NCBI RefSeq assembly: GCF_001194135.2
Contig: NC_068985.1
Location: forward strand, 83,013,247-83,077,246
From: Octopus bimaculoides
Lineage: Eukaryota
DNA length: 64,000 nt
Direction: 5' to 3'
The notes below the pieces were generated by a model. It was not told the DNA's origin and searched no databases. It was given only the letters and a program-made list of their open reading frames with translations. A program made the translations under genes and the position numbers. Of the stretch, positions 1 to 13,201 are shown one piece after another. How positions within the stretch are numbered: position 1 is the stretch's first letter; each line of letters begins with the position of its first letter.

Positions 1-249
1 CCAGATAAGGGATCGGGGGACCCTGTCAAAGGCTTTCTCCATGTCAACGAAAGCCAGGTACAGAGGTTTATCCTTAGCTAGGTATTTCTCCTGCAACTGT
101 CTCACTAGAAATAAGGCATCAGTAGTGCTTTTACCTGGCACGAACCCAAACTGCATCTCATCTAAATTGATTCGCTCCCTAATTAGTTGGGCTATGACCC
201 TCTCTATAACTTTCATAACCTGATCTAACAGCTTGATGCCTCTGTAATT
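1..249 (-). mobile_element. RTE-clade LINE reverse transcriptase fragment (runs off the window start)
   Basis: Uninterrupted minus-strand frame NYRGIKLLDQVMKVIERV...QFGFVPGKSTTDALFLVRQLQEKYLAKDKPLYLAFVDMEKAFDRVPRSLIW contains non-LTR RT motifs; bounded at 250 by (TA)n(TG)n. Confidence 0.93.
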
Positions 250-252
250 ATT

Positions 253-302
<50 letters not shown>

Positions 303-1146
303 CATATATACTGTGAGAGAGAGAGAGAGAGCAAAGGATGTAAATTTATAAGTGTAAATAAGCAGGACAATGAGTATTCAGTACTGAAATTGGAATTGTG
401 TAATTTATAATTTATTTAAAATTTGATCATCAGATTATTAAGAAAATGAACCTCCGCAAAAATTATATATATTAGACGTACAGTGGAAGTGTTTAAATAT
501 TGCAACAAGCACTGAGTGGGAAAAAATGGACCGAAATGATTGTATTGATCTTTTTGATCCTTTCATTCTATATCCCTAGGTAATTATTATCTTTAAAAAA
601 TAGACCAGTGTGGGGTTGCTAAAACAATATTAATATGTACATGGAAAACTGAACACATATGACAAAGACATGTATATGTGCATGTATATAAAAAATAAAA
701 CTAAAATTATAATGTGTGTGTAAAAAATATATCAGCCATGCTATAGGGAAATAATTCAGCATTATATAAATCACAAAAATTTGTGATGTGATCCATATTG
801 TTTTAAATATTTCCAGACTCACCTTATTACAAGTAAATAATAGAACATGAATTTTTCATGTGTGCCTGCAACTATCCAGCATCTCAGATCTTTTGCTTAT
901 ATGAAAAAGGTCTTGAAATGAAATTAATAACTTTTGACCAGTGTTTTATTTACATTACAGCTTGCAATATGTGAAACCATATTCAAGAATTGGCTATTTG
1001 ATTTTAAATGGTGTCAGACTTGTTTCTTTTTTAAAAACCAATTATGCTTAGAATTTATACTTGTCATAAATTTTTTCTACTGATTTTTGAAGAAATACAA
1101 TGTTATTTAGTAAAAATGAATTTCGATGAATTTTCAGTTAATCCAA

Positions 1147-1247
1147 GATATTTGTCCTCATCTTGTTTGTTGTTAACACAATGTTTCAGCTGATATACCC
1201 TCCAGCCTTCATCAGGCGTCTTGGGGAAATTTCGAACCTGGGTTCTC
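1147..1247 (-). mobile_element. Solo Penelope terminal-repeat fragment, same family as 45610-45778
   Basis: Reverse complement GAGAACCCAGGTTCGAAATTTCCCCAAGACGCCTGATGAAGGCTGG...ACAAATATC closely matches 45618-45718. Confidence 0.9.
1175..1220 (-). ncRNA. Minimal type-I hammerhead ribozyme motif
   Basis: GACGC-CUGAUGA-A-GGCUG..CAGCU-GAAA-C-AUU-GUGUU; stems I and II pair; stem III is CA where the 45645 copy has CG. Confidence 0.8.
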
Positions 1248-1439
1248 CTTAGATAGATGAACCACATTATGGCGAGGAATTATTGTATATATATATAGTT
1301 GACTTTTTCAACCCAAAGGGATTTTGTAACCCAATATTTACATGATTCTATTATTCATAATATCTATAGTTTTATCCAGCTCAAGATTCACTACTTCAAA
1401 AAAAGAATACATATACATACACCATCATCATTCATTAAA

Positions 1440-1580
1440 CATCCGCCTTCCCTGCTGGCATGGGTTGGACAGCTTGATAGGAGCTGGCCAGGCAGGAGCA
1501 TGTACCAGTCTTCTGTGTCTGTTTTAGCATGGTTTTTGCAGCTGGATGCCCTTCCTAACACCAACCTCCCAGCAGACGGC
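1440..1580 (-). mobile_element. RTE 3' UTR fragment
   Basis: GGAAGGGCATCCAGC...CCAACCCATGCCAGC motifs shared with the RTE 3' end at 11120-11275. Confidence 0.75.
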
Positions 1581-1647
1581 TTGACGTCTATTTTTAGCAT
1601 ACAAAGGATCCACATAGTGGTCTCTCATATTGTTTATATATACGTAA

Positions 1648-1830
1648 TTGCTTTCAAACTTATGCACAGGCCAGCAATTTTGGGGGAGGAAGTAAGTCAA
1701 TTACATTGACCCCAATATTCAACTGGTACTTATTTTATTGACCCCTGAAAGGGATAGTCAACCTCGGTGGAATATGAACCCAGAATGTAAAGACAGATGC
1801 TAAGCATGCTAACAGTTCTGCCAGCTTGCC
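1648..1830 (-). mobile_element. tRNA-derived SINE family A
   Basis: Family motifs GAGCTGGCAGAATCGTTAGC / GAGTTCAAATTCC / GGTCGACTTTGCCTTTCATCC / AAGTACCAGT recur many times in this window. Confidence 0.8.
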
Positions 1831-1843
1831 ACATTGATACATA

Positions 1844-1878
<35 letters not shown>

Positions 1879-2230
1879 GGAGTGATTCTGATTTGTATCT
1901 TTCTGTCACTTTTCTATTTACAAATCACCACTGTCATTCTTTCCTCCTCTCACTCACACTTAATTCCCTGCCAACTGTCTCATTTCAATCACACACCCAC
2001 ACTTCTCTTTCATTTTTCTCTCTTCCTTTTTTCCTCTCTTTCTTTCTGTTATTGTTCTCACTTTTTTGAGGGAGGGTGGTGGGGTACTCTGTCCACCTCA
2101 TTTACACCCATCTGAACACCACTAATTTCTCCTGTATTATGTGAATGCATTGTTATTTTAAAATAAATGTTTCAAATAAATAGATTAGAAACCACAAAAA
2201 GAATTATATATAATGGTATAAAATATACTA

Positions 2231-2261
<31 letters not shown>

Positions 2262-2689
2262 CAATGATGATGGTGGTGGTGAAATGATGATTTCTAAATA
2301 TACCAAACAAAAGGAAGAGATAGGAGGAATATTTAAATGATGACTAAAAATTACCTGAACATTATCAAGGTATGTTTATCATGCAATCTAAGTGCACACT
2401 GCCCATTACCTGAAATTCTACAACCACCTGCTATAAGCCCGCACATGATCCTCATTCCACATGCCCCTCCGCCACCACCACCACCACCCATTACCATAAG
2501 CAGTGCTGTAAATCAAGAACAAAAACAAAAATAAATGAAAAAGAAATACTTATTTAGTCATATATAAAGAAGTGCATAGAAAAGCGGAGTAATCATAATC
2601 ATTGCATCAGGATGAGTTTTGAGGAGTACAAAGGAGTAGTTTTCCTATATTTTTTCTTTATTGAATAGTAATAGTTATCATCATCATCA

Positions 2690-2841
2690 TCAACATTCCT
2701 GTTATTATTTTATTATTGTTGTTGTTTTTGGTACTGTTGTTGTTATTGTTATTATCATTTATTATTATTATTTCTGTTATTACTGTTTTTGTTGTTGTTA
2801 TCATTACTGCTGTTGTTGATGTTATTATCATTGTTGTTGCT

Positions 2842-2911
<70 letters not shown>

Positions 2912-3088
2912 ACATCACCATTATTAATATTATTATTATTATTTGGGATTCCATTAAACCAATATTGATAATTTCTGTGAAAGGCAGTCCGATATTAGAA
3001 GAATTGATCTGCATACCCTAATGGCCCAAATAAAAGCATTACACCATCTACTCTCAGAAAGAAATAAAGAAAATATATATCGATATCC

Positions 3089-3129
<41 letters not shown>

Positions 3130-3484
3130 CATACACACACACACACACATATATATATATACATACATACATATATATATATATATAAATTGCAAATATA
3201 CATACACACATGCAAGGAAATATACACTCACACACACATGCAAGAAACTGCACTGCTTAATATATGCACATGCATTTTAACATGCACCACACATATGCGT
3301 GCATATTTGTCATTTTAATTTTTTCTGTCATTATTTTTACTTCTTATTCTGTTTATTTTCATCCTCATCAACACCAGCAGCAGCAGCACGACTACCACTA
3401 TCAACATTATTATGATTATAATTTGTACCATAGTAAGAAATCATTGTTGTTGTCATTATTATTATTATCATCATTATTATTATT

Positions 3485-3519
<35 letters not shown>

Positions 3520-3900
3520 TTTTATTATTACTGTCGTAGTTGTTGTTACTGTTGTCATTGTCATTTTCATTTTTATTTTTATTGTTATCATTATCTTTAG
3601 TTTCATTATTATTGATTTTTATTCTCATCATCATCATCATCAACATCATTATCGGCATCATCATCATCATTTTGATTTTTATTTCGTTTGCATCTTTGTT
3701 TGGAACAAACACTTTTGAAAAACAGCTGTAATACAGGAGTAGGGTGGGTGCATGGAAGAGATAAAACAAATGTAAATAAATACTTAAATTTGAAAAATAT
3801 ATTTGAAAAAAGAAAAAAATGCCTCAACAGCAACAACAACAATAACAGTACAATATCAAACAAATGGTGGTTGCAATAGTATTACAAGTACTATTAGCAG
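2690..3900. repeat. Low-complexity tract: (ATT)n, (ATC)n, (TA)n, (CA)n
   Basis: Directly visible; accounts for the poly-I/M/H/L ORFs. Confidence 0.95.
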
Positions 3901-4288
3901 TGAGTGTTAATAACACATTTTTTCATGACTGCAATTATATTGATAATGACAAAAACAACAAAACTAATTCCAACAATGACATAACTAACCAAATACTACA
4001 GCACCACATTATAATTCTGTTAACGCCTTAGGGCCACTATGCACACTCCCAACAAACAAGACAAATATAAGGTGCAGGTAAACTAGAACAGCTGTATCAT
4101 ACTGGAATTCATGCCTGGTCTACTCTGCTATTAAATACAGAAAGAAGTGACTGTCACACAATGGATAATTCCACTATGCCCACCTCCTCTCTGAGTGTAT
4201 TCAATGTAGTTTTGCTTTTTAAAATAGCATGTGAATTAGCAGAATTGTTTGAGTTTTGGCAAAAATGCTTTACAGTATTTAGTTTCAT

Positions 4289-4448
4289 GGGTGCAGGTGT
4301 GGCTGTGTCGTAAGAAGTTTATTTCCCAACCATATGGATTCAGGTTCAATCCCATTGCATAGCACCTTGGGCAAATATCTTCTACTGTAGCCTCAGGTTG
4401 ACCAAAGCATTGTGAGTGGATTTGGAAGATAGAAGCTGAAAGAAGCCT

Positions 4449-4487
<39 letters not shown>

Positions 4488-4667
4488 TTAGGGAAAAGAA
4501 CCAAGATTCATGAACTTATCGATGAAAATCCAGTGTCACATATAGAAAAATTAATAAGTAAAAGCACAATAAATAAGTATAATATAATACAAAGTAAGTA
4601 TCATTAGATAATGATAATAAAACGACTACACGTGTTTCATAATATTACCCCAATAATAATATTATTA

Positions 4668-4703
<36 letters not shown>

Positions 4704-4928
4704 CCAATGTGTGTCTTTGTGCCTGTATTTACCCCCACCACAGCTTGACAACCAGTGTTGGTCCCTATAACTTAGTAGTTCAGTAATTAGAGACTGGTAG
4801 AATTAGTACCAGGCTTTAAAGAAAAACGGTACCGGGTTCAATTCATTTGATTAAAATCCTTCAAGGCAGTATCCCAGCATGGCCACAATCTAATGACTGC
4901 AACAAGTAAAAGGTAAAAGATGAAAAGA
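4289..4928 (+). mobile_element. tRNA-derived SINE family B, full length, with an insertion in its internal (TA)n
   Basis: Head GGTGCAGGTGTGGCTGTGTCGTAAGAAG; body GCACCTTGGGCAA..CCAAAGCATTGTGAGTGGATTTGG; tail CCCAGCATGGCCAC..AACAAGTAAAAG. Confidence 0.88.
4485..4665 (-). mobile_element. PLE-like 3' terminus inserted in a SINE (TA)n, retaining only the 3' half of an HHR
   Basis: Reverse complement of 4623-4638 = GAAA-CACGTG-UA-GUCG (palindromic stem III); CUGANGA half absent. Confidence 0.45.
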
Positions 4929-5229
4929 TAATGAGTCCTTTACATTCTGAGTTCAAATCTCGTTGAGGTCAGTTTTGCTTTTTATTTTTCAGAATTNNNN
5001 NNNNNNNNNNNNNNNNNNNNNNNNNNNNNNNNNNNNNNNNNNNNNNNNNNNNNNNNNNNNNNNNNNNNNNNNNNNNNNNNNNNNNNNNNNNNNNNNNNNN
5101 NNNNNNNNNNNNNNNNNNNNNNNNNNNNNNNNNNNNNNNNNNNNNNNNNNNNNNNNNNNNNNNNNNNNNNNNNNNNNNNNNNNNNNNNNNNNNNNNNNNN
5201 NNNNNNNNNNNNNNNNNAAGAATGTCAAG

Positions 5230-5860
5230 CAAGAGGGTAAGTTGATTACATCGACCCCAGCACTCAACTGGTACTTATTTTATCGACCCTGAAAAGATGA
5301 ATGGTAAAGTCAACCTCAACGGAATTTAAACTTAGAAAGTAGACAGATGAAATGCTGCTAAGCATTTCCCCTGGCATGCTAAATATAATAATAATAATAA
5401 TTATTTTCTACTCTAGGCACAAGGCCTGAAATTTTGGGGGAGGGGGCCAGTCGATTAGATTGACCCCAGTACGCAACTGGTACATAATTTATTGACCCCC
5501 GAAAGGATGAAAGTTGACCATAGCAGAATTTGAACTCAGAATGTAAAGACAGACTAAATACCACAAAGCATTCCATCCAGTGTGCTAACAATTCTGCCAG
5601 CTCACTGCCTTAATAATAATAGTAATAATAATGATCTCATTTATTTGCCACAAGGGTGAAGGATCAGGGGGACAATACAATAACAGACAATAATTCTTTT
5701 TTACTAAAGGTACAAGGCCTGAAATTTTGTGGGGAGGGGACTAGTTAATTACAACGACCCCAGTGTTTCACTGGTACTTAATTTATTGACTCTGAAAGGA
5801 TGAAAGGCACAGTCGAGCCCAGTGGAATTTGAATGCCTAATGTAAAGACGGATGAAATGC
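5230..5860 (-). mobile_element. Three head-to-tail SINE A copies (about 5230-5382, 5402-5610, 5695-5860)
   Basis: Repeated family A motifs separated by (TAA)n linkers. Confidence 0.85.
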
Positions 5861-6946
5861 AATAATGATAATAATAATAAGAAGAATACTTTCTGTTGAT
5901 AAACAGAGGAATCATATGTTACCCAACTCAGTGTGTAAATGTAGAGTATTCTTTAATGTATTATAATTGAAAAGCTTGTAATTGTAGTGCAGAGCACTCT
6001 CTGTTCCCCTATCCCACTCACTTCCCCTCTCTGTATGTGTTTACCTTCTTATCTTTGCATTGACATTTCAGCAGCAATGATATGTTTATTGTTTATGTCT
6101 GCTTAAAACAAAACATCTAAAGGCATGGAACAAAACACCTCACTTGGTAAACAAATCTTGTCAGCAAAAGAGGCATCCAGCTATAGCATCCCACCTCAGC
6201 AAGTCTCATCCAATTCATGCCAGTATAGATAATAAAAATGACAATGATGATGACAATGATGATTGTGGTGGCAATGGAGGCAGTAGTGGTGGTATTTTAG
6301 TGCTGTTTTTGCAGTCAATCAAACATGTAGCTTTTGTTGCAGTACTTGATTTTACAATCAGATTCTTTGCATATTACAATGAAACCATTCAACTGTGAAG
6401 TAAAAATGAAGTATTTTCTCTGTCAGGTAAAAATGAGGCAAGTAAACTTATGGACCATAGTCTGAGAGTATGGTACAAGTGCTGCTGTCAAAATTGAACC
6501 CCTTACAATCTGGACATCAGCCACAGATGTTACATCCCCATTTTATAATTTCTGCCATCAATTAATAAAAAATATTGACATTTTATTTATTGATGATTAA
6601 TAACTCAGAACAGAAACTAAGTTACATGCATACATACATACATACAGACATACATACAGACATACATACAGACATATATACATACATACATACATATAGA
6701 CACACACACACACACACACACATACACACACACACGCACACACACAAACACACACAAACACGCGAACACACACACACATACAAATATACATACANNNNNN
6801 NNNNNNNNNNNNNNNNNNNNNNNNNNNNNNNNNNNNNNNNNNNNNNNNNNNNNNNNNNNNNNNNNNNNNNNNNNNNNNNNNNNNNNNNNNNNNNNNNNNN
6901 NNNNNNNNNNNNNNNNNNNNNNNNNNNNNNNNNNNNNNNNNNNNNN

Positions 6947-6985
<39 letters not shown>

Positions 6986-9159
6986 GCACACATACATACA
7001 TACACACGCATATATACACATAGAAACATACGTATACATATACATGCATACATATACAATGCAGATATTTACACTCATGCATACATGAAAACAGCAAAAA
7101 GTGCCAACAGCAAAATATAAAAATTAAAATTAAAAAAATAGAAAATAAATAAAACTCACAAAAAAACAAGTACATTATTCTCTTTGCACACTCAAGCAGC
7201 CAACTTGTTGCCTAAAATATATTAACTGTAAAAATTTCAATATTCATTTTTAAACCTATAAATTGTATTGAATATATAACACCTACTACTTGAAGCTCTA
7301 ATCAGACTTTTAAAATGTACACAAAAAAAAAGCATATGTTAATAAATAAAGAAAGAAATGCATGGATAACATAAATGTATAAATAAAAGTAAGTGGAAAC
7401 AATAGAAAACTAGAAAAAGCAACTAAAAATGTAAAAACTAACAACTAAGGTTAGAAAGCAAACAAAAAAAAAAGAGAATTGCCAAGATATATAGACAAAA
7501 GAACAATAACAAAATAAATTTGGTAAAAATACAAATATAAAAAGATTTCCCAACACTTCATCAATTAAAACTAGAGTTATGTTACTGCTGTTTAGAATTG
7601 CTAGAAATATATTAGGTGTATTTAATTCCATTAAGTAAGTGTTGGCATATGATGGCATAAGTTCTGCTCTGTTACAATTCATTAAAGACAAAATCTTTAA
7701 ACTTTGTCTATTAATTTTTTGTTATTTTTTTTGTATAAAATGTCTTTTTTTTTTCATTGTACTTTTTTTGCCTATTTTTGTTATATTCTTAGAAAAGAAT
7801 TTGTTGTTGTTGTTATTGCTGCTGCTGTTTGCAGTTTTGTGTAAAAGGCTATTTTCACTGATGCTTTCATTCTGTTCTTCCATAAAGAATGCATGATGGC
7901 TAGTTTTATCTGTCATTCTTATTTTAGAACAATCCCTATACGTTTGCTTGTTTTTCTCCTTCTGCTCTTGTTGTATGTTGTATATTCTCACTTATTTTCT
8001 TTCCTTTGTTTTTCTAAAATGCTTTTAGTTTTCTGTAGTTTATTTATTTTTTTAAAAATTATAACTATTTTTTTCACTACTCTCCAACCTCCATCACACT
8101 CTCTTATATCATTCATTTATTCAGTCAATGTTCATATCAACTCTGACCATTATCCACCTTGCTTCTGTTTAAATGATGAATGAATATTTGTGTAATTTTC
8201 CTTATTATGGAAATGAAAACAATCCTTCATGTTGGAAATTTCGTTTCAATTTCAGAAACCTCTGTAAATTGTCATTACTTTGAAAATCTCTCTGTAAAAT
8301 GTTATTTTGCTTCAGGGTAGCCTTGATGAAGCAAATCTGTTGCATATAGCATATATTCAATTGAAGAAACTTTGTTCATATTATATTAGATGTTGTCCTA
8401 TTTTACTGTTGTACTGGCTGGTTGATATTGTTTTTGCTATGTCATTTAGATATTATCTTCGTCCTTTTGTTTATTAGTTTGGTTAATATATAGTATTTCT
8501 CTGCAGTGCATTATTAGCATTGCATTGCCCCATTTATGTAGGGAGTACTGTTTTTACTGATTGACAGGTTAATGTTAACTGATTAACAGATCAGCTTTTC
8601 AAGTGCAATTTATATCTAGATAAGGATATTGTTTTCTTTTTCCCCCTCATTCTTAAAGATAGATTTATGGTAGACAAAATGGATTTTAAGACTCCATTTA
8701 TGCATACCAATATCTGTTTGACTTTCTTTTTTTCTGTCCCCTTGGTAATTTCCTAAGATGTCACCTAAAATTCATAGAAAATTCCTTTTGTTAAGCATTT
8801 TCCATTACAAAGACAGGTCTGTTTTGTTCTTCTATTACATCGCCTCCCTAAGTGCTGTTATAAGTCACCCTCTAAAATTTCCTCACTGTTACACTACTAA
8901 AAGTTTCCACAAATCTGACTGATTTTGACTTTATTTTAAAAACTTGTGTTACTTATGATCTTTTTAGCTAAAAACTTTTCAGCCATGTAAGTTATAACAT
9001 TTTTGCTGAAGCCTGGTTTAAACCATATAAGGATGTATTTTTCACTTATTTTTTTTAATTACTAAAGTCTGGGTGCAATGGACTGGCATCCCATCCAGGT
9101 GGGAAACCTATACACCAATGAAACTGGTATGTGTGTGTGTGTATATGTACACACACCAC

Positions 9160-9237
<78 letters not shown>

Positions 9238-9428
9238 ACATACATACATACATATATAATTAGAAAATTATTTGCATTGGTTCCTGATAAATTTTTGTTC
9301 ATCCTGTTGTTACCTGCGCTCGTTGTATATGGCATCCCTGCACACCACTGCCCGGGGTTAACACAGGTAACAGGTACTGATAGTATATATGGATATTTTA
9401 TCCCTTAGTTGGTTACTACAACCACTAA

Positions 9429-9485
<57 letters not shown>

Positions 9486-9503
9486 TATATATATATATAC
9501 ATA

Positions 9504-10096
9504 CTGTAGTTCCTCAATATACGAGTTAATTTGTACCTGGGGACCACTCGTAGAGCAAAAACTTGTAAAGCAGAGCAATAATTTCCCATAGTAGCAATGT
9601 TATAAATCGTAATTCATTCCCAGTAAAAAATATTTTACCTATTAAATTTATTATACTCATAAATAAATGGCAATAAAACAACAGTAGAATGTAAAGAATA
9701 TTTTATGTAAAGTATAAAGAATGTCAAGATCATTTATAATAAAAAAATATTATAATTGTTTTCTGAATCACTTTCACTCACACTGGACTCACATACACCA
9801 TCATTTGTAGATGTGATCGCTGATTCACAAGCACTCATAGATGAACTTGTAGATTTCTTTTTAAAAAATCAAGTCTAGAGTTGTTTGCTTACATGAAGCT
9901 TTTTTTTTCACTCTTTATAAATTTCTTTGTAATACATTGAAGCATTTGTTATGGTAGTAGAAACTTTTGCACTTCATTCAAAATTTGGATCTTGTGCATG
10001 AAAAATTTCAGCCCAACATACAAAAGTGAGCTGAAAAATGAAAATCATAAATATGGGGTCTCGTAAAGCGGATCCTCTTAAAGTGAGGTCTTATTG
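9504..10096 (-). mobile_element. Tigger/pogo-type DNA transposon deletion derivative
   Basis: TA-flanked imperfect 22-bp TIRs (CTGTAGTTCCTCAATATACGAG vs reverse complement CAATAAGACCTCACTTTAAGAG); minus-strand transposase C-terminal remnant DPNFE*SAKV..YKEIYKE*KK..KQTTLD. Confidence 0.75.
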
Positions 10097-10164
10097 TATA
10101 TGTGTGTGTGTGTGTGTGTGTGTGAGTGTCTGTGTGTGCATGTGTATATATAAATGTGTATGTA

Positions 10165-10198
<34 letters not shown>

Positions 10199-10571
10199 CN
10201 NNNNNNNNNNNNNNNNNNNNNNNNNNNNNNNNNNNNNNNNNNNNNNNNNNNNNNNNNNNNNNNNNNNNNNNNNNNNNNNNNNNNNNNNNNNNNNNNNNNN
10301 NNNNNNNNNNNNNNNNNNNNNNNNNNNNNNNNNNNNNNNNNNNNNNNNNNNNNNNNNNNNNNNNNNNNNNNNNNNNNNNNNNNNNNNNNNNNNNNNNNNN
10401 NNNNNNNNNNNNNNNNNNNNNNNNNNNNNNNNNNNNNNNNNNNNNNNNNNNNNNNNNNNNNNNNNNNNNNNNNNNNNNNNNNNNNNNNNNNNNNNNNNNN
10501 NNNNNNNNNNNNNNNNNNNNNNNNNNNNNNNNNNNNNNNNNNNNNNNNNNNNNNNNNNNNNNNNNNNNNNN

Positions 10572-10606
<35 letters not shown>

Positions 10607-10609
10607 AGA

Positions 10610-10644
<35 letters not shown>

Positions 10645-10646
<2 letters not shown>

Positions 10647-11275
10647 GCATGTATGTGTGCAATGTCACATGTGCAACAGAGCAGTGGTGTATTGAGAGAA
10701 AAGTTAGGCATAAGAGGAATTAGATGCAGTGTGAAAGAGAGAAGACTGTGCGGATTTGGTCATGTGATGTGGATAGATGATGACAGTTACTTAAACAAGT
10801 GCCAATAGCTTAAAAGTGGCTGGTGGGAGAGGGAGACCCAGGAAAACAAGGGACAAAGTAGTGAAGGATAATCTGAAAATGCTGAACCGTATGAAGGAGA
10901 TGATAGAGAACTGAGATATGTGGTGCATTGCTATATTCAAGAAAACCTCCTATCATAACAGAATTGATATCCTAAAACTAAGGTGTCATGTAAAAAGTTT
11001 TGGTGCTGATGTCATATAAAAAGCACTGGTAATGATGCCACATAAAATGCACTGGTGCTAGGGCCAAATAAAATGCACTGGTATTGGCGCCATATAAAAT
11101 GTATGCAGTGAACTCTGTAAAACAATTGGCATTAGAAAGAGCATCCAACTGTAGAAACGAAACCAAAACAGACTATGGAACCTGGCGTGGCCCCCAGGCC
11201 ATATCAGCTACTACCAAGCCATCCAACCATGCCATCCTGGAAAATGGATGTTAAATGATGATGATGATGATAATA
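10645..11275 (+). mobile_element. RTE LINE 3' end (ORF2 C-terminus, 3' UTR, (ATG)n tail)
   Basis: LREKLGIRGIRCSVKERRLCGFGHV..RGRPRKTRDKVVKDNLK; tandem GCACTGGT..CATAAAA UTR units; GTTAAATGATGATGATG end. Confidence 0.88.
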
Positions 11276-11552
11276 TATATATATTGTATTTTCTTTGTTG
11301 AATGCCATTCAGTTGAAGTGAACTTCCTTCATATTTAATTCTCAGCACATGATACAAGTGTAGAGTTTTATAATTCTTTTAATTAAAACTTTTGCACAGT
11401 GATTATTTCAACCTCAAAGGCCTCTGCACTTGAAACAATCATTGTACCAAGTTATAAATAGAACTTTATCTGTGTGTGTGTGTGTGTGTGTGTGTATACA
11501 TGTGTGTGTGTACATGTGTGTGTGTGAGAATTTGTATGTATGTATTTATATA

Positions 11553-11750
11553 TGGTGCTGGTGCCACATAAAAACGCACCCAGTCCACTCTGTAAAGTGT
11601 TTGGCATTAGGGCGGGGCATCTGGCTGTAAAAATCATGCCAAAACAGACAATGAAGATTAGTGCAGTCCTCTGGCTTTTCAGCTCCTGTCAAACCATTCA
11701 ACCCATGCCACATTGAAGACAAACATTAAATGATGAAAATGAATGATGTA
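11553..11750 (+). mobile_element. RTE 3' UTR fragment
   Basis: Homologous to 11040-11275. Confidence 0.75.
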
Positions 11751-11755
11751 TGCAT

Positions 11756-11799
<44 letters not shown>

Positions 11800-11859
11800 T
11801 CCTGTGTCTATGTTCCTAGTCTTCTGATCTAAATCATTATGCCAAGTTGTGTTCCTTTC

Positions 11860-12225
11860 TGTCGAAAGCTTACCTGTTCAATAAACAGAAAATGATAAAA
11901 TACTGGAGATGTACTTGCATAGCAAGTGACCTGATCTGACATCGTGTGCTGGAATGAAAGCAATTGCAGTGGGGAAGGTGTTTATAAGCCATTTAATAAA
12001 CACACAAAAACCGTTAGATTCATTTCAACATTTAAATTTAATTTGCCAAAATATTTTCGTCGCTTTGAGACCTCGACCTGTTCACTGACAAAATTCCATA
12101 CTGCATCTACCAAATTGAAGTATTTATTGTTGAAATGATTGACTAAAACCCTTGAAGGCAATTGCTCCAGTATGGCCTCACTCCAATGACTGAAACCAAT
12201 AAAAGAATAAAGCAACAAAGAATTA
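11860..12225 (+). mobile_element. Composite repeat: antisense HHR-like fold (12040-12095) joined to a SINE B-type 3' tail
   Basis: Tail GACTAAAACCCTTGAAGGCAATTGCTCCAGTATGGCC..GACTGAAACC matches SINE B ends in this window. Confidence 0.55.
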
Positions 12226-12357
12226 CTCATATGATGGTTTTGTTATTGTTACATCATCACCATCATCATAATCATCACCATCCTCATCATCATCATTACC
12301 ATCCTCATCATCATCATTATTATTATAATTATTGTTATTATTATTATTATTATTGAG

Positions 12358-12549
12358 TAAGGCAGTGGGCTGGCAAAGTCACTAGCACGCTGGATGAAAT
12401 GCTCTGCAGTATTTCTCCTGTCGCCATGTTCTTAGTTCAAATTCCACCAAGGTCGACTTTATCTTTCATTCTTTCGGGGTCGATAAAATAAGTATCAACT
12501 GAACACTGGGGTTGATGTAATCGACTCCCCTTGTGGCAAAAATTTGAAA
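12358..12549 (+). mobile_element. SINE A
   Basis: Family A motifs, e.g. GGTCGACTTTATCTTTCATTCTTTCGGGGTCGATAAAATAAGTA. Confidence 0.85.
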
Positions 12550-12578
12550 TAATAATAATAATAATAATTATTATTATT

Positions 12579-13183
12579 GAGTGATAGAGCAGTGCATGCC
12601 ATCAAGGTGACACTGGAGCTGACGAAATACTTGGCATCATTCAGTCCATCATTGCATTCTGAGCTCAAATTCTGCTGAAGTTGACTTTACCTTTCATCCT
12701 TTCAGGGTCGATGAATAAAGTACCAGTGAACCCCTTGGGCCGATGTAAACGAGTACTCCACCCCACCCAATATGAGGCCTTCTGACTCCAGTAGAAAGGA
12801 TTATTATTATTATTATTATTATTATTAATAATAATAATAATAATCCTTTCTACTGGAGTCAGATGGCCTCATATTAGAAAGGATTGATATTATTATTATT
12901 ATTAATAATAATAATAATAATAATAATCCTTTCTACTGGAGTCAGAAGGCCTCATATTGGGTGGGGTGGAGTACTCGATTACATCGGCCCAAGGGATTCA
13001 CTGGTACTTTATTCATCGACCCTGAAAGGATGAAAGGCAAAGTCAACTTCAGCAGAATTTGAGCTCAGAATGCAATGATGGACTGAATNNNNNNNNNNNN
13101 NNNNNNNNNNNNNNGACTGAATGATGCCAAGTATTTCGTCAGCTCCAGTGTCACTTTGATGGCATGCACTGCTCTATCACTCA
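12579..13183. repeat. Inverted duplication of one SINE A copy (12579-12802 vs 12926-13183)
   Basis: Arms are near-identical, share an atypical 5' segment, and are centred on (TTA)n(TAA)n. Confidence 0.85.
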
Positions 13184-13201
13184 ATAATAATAATAATAAT
13201 A

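Noticed and set aside
823-865. Minus-strand exon candidate (TTGCAG|..THEKFMFYYLLVI..|GTGAGT)
   Set aside because: Weak acceptor; the longer exon from the better acceptor has stops in all three frames
8310-8360. CCTTGATGAAGCAA..TTGC hammerhead-like start
   Set aside because: No GAAA or stem III half
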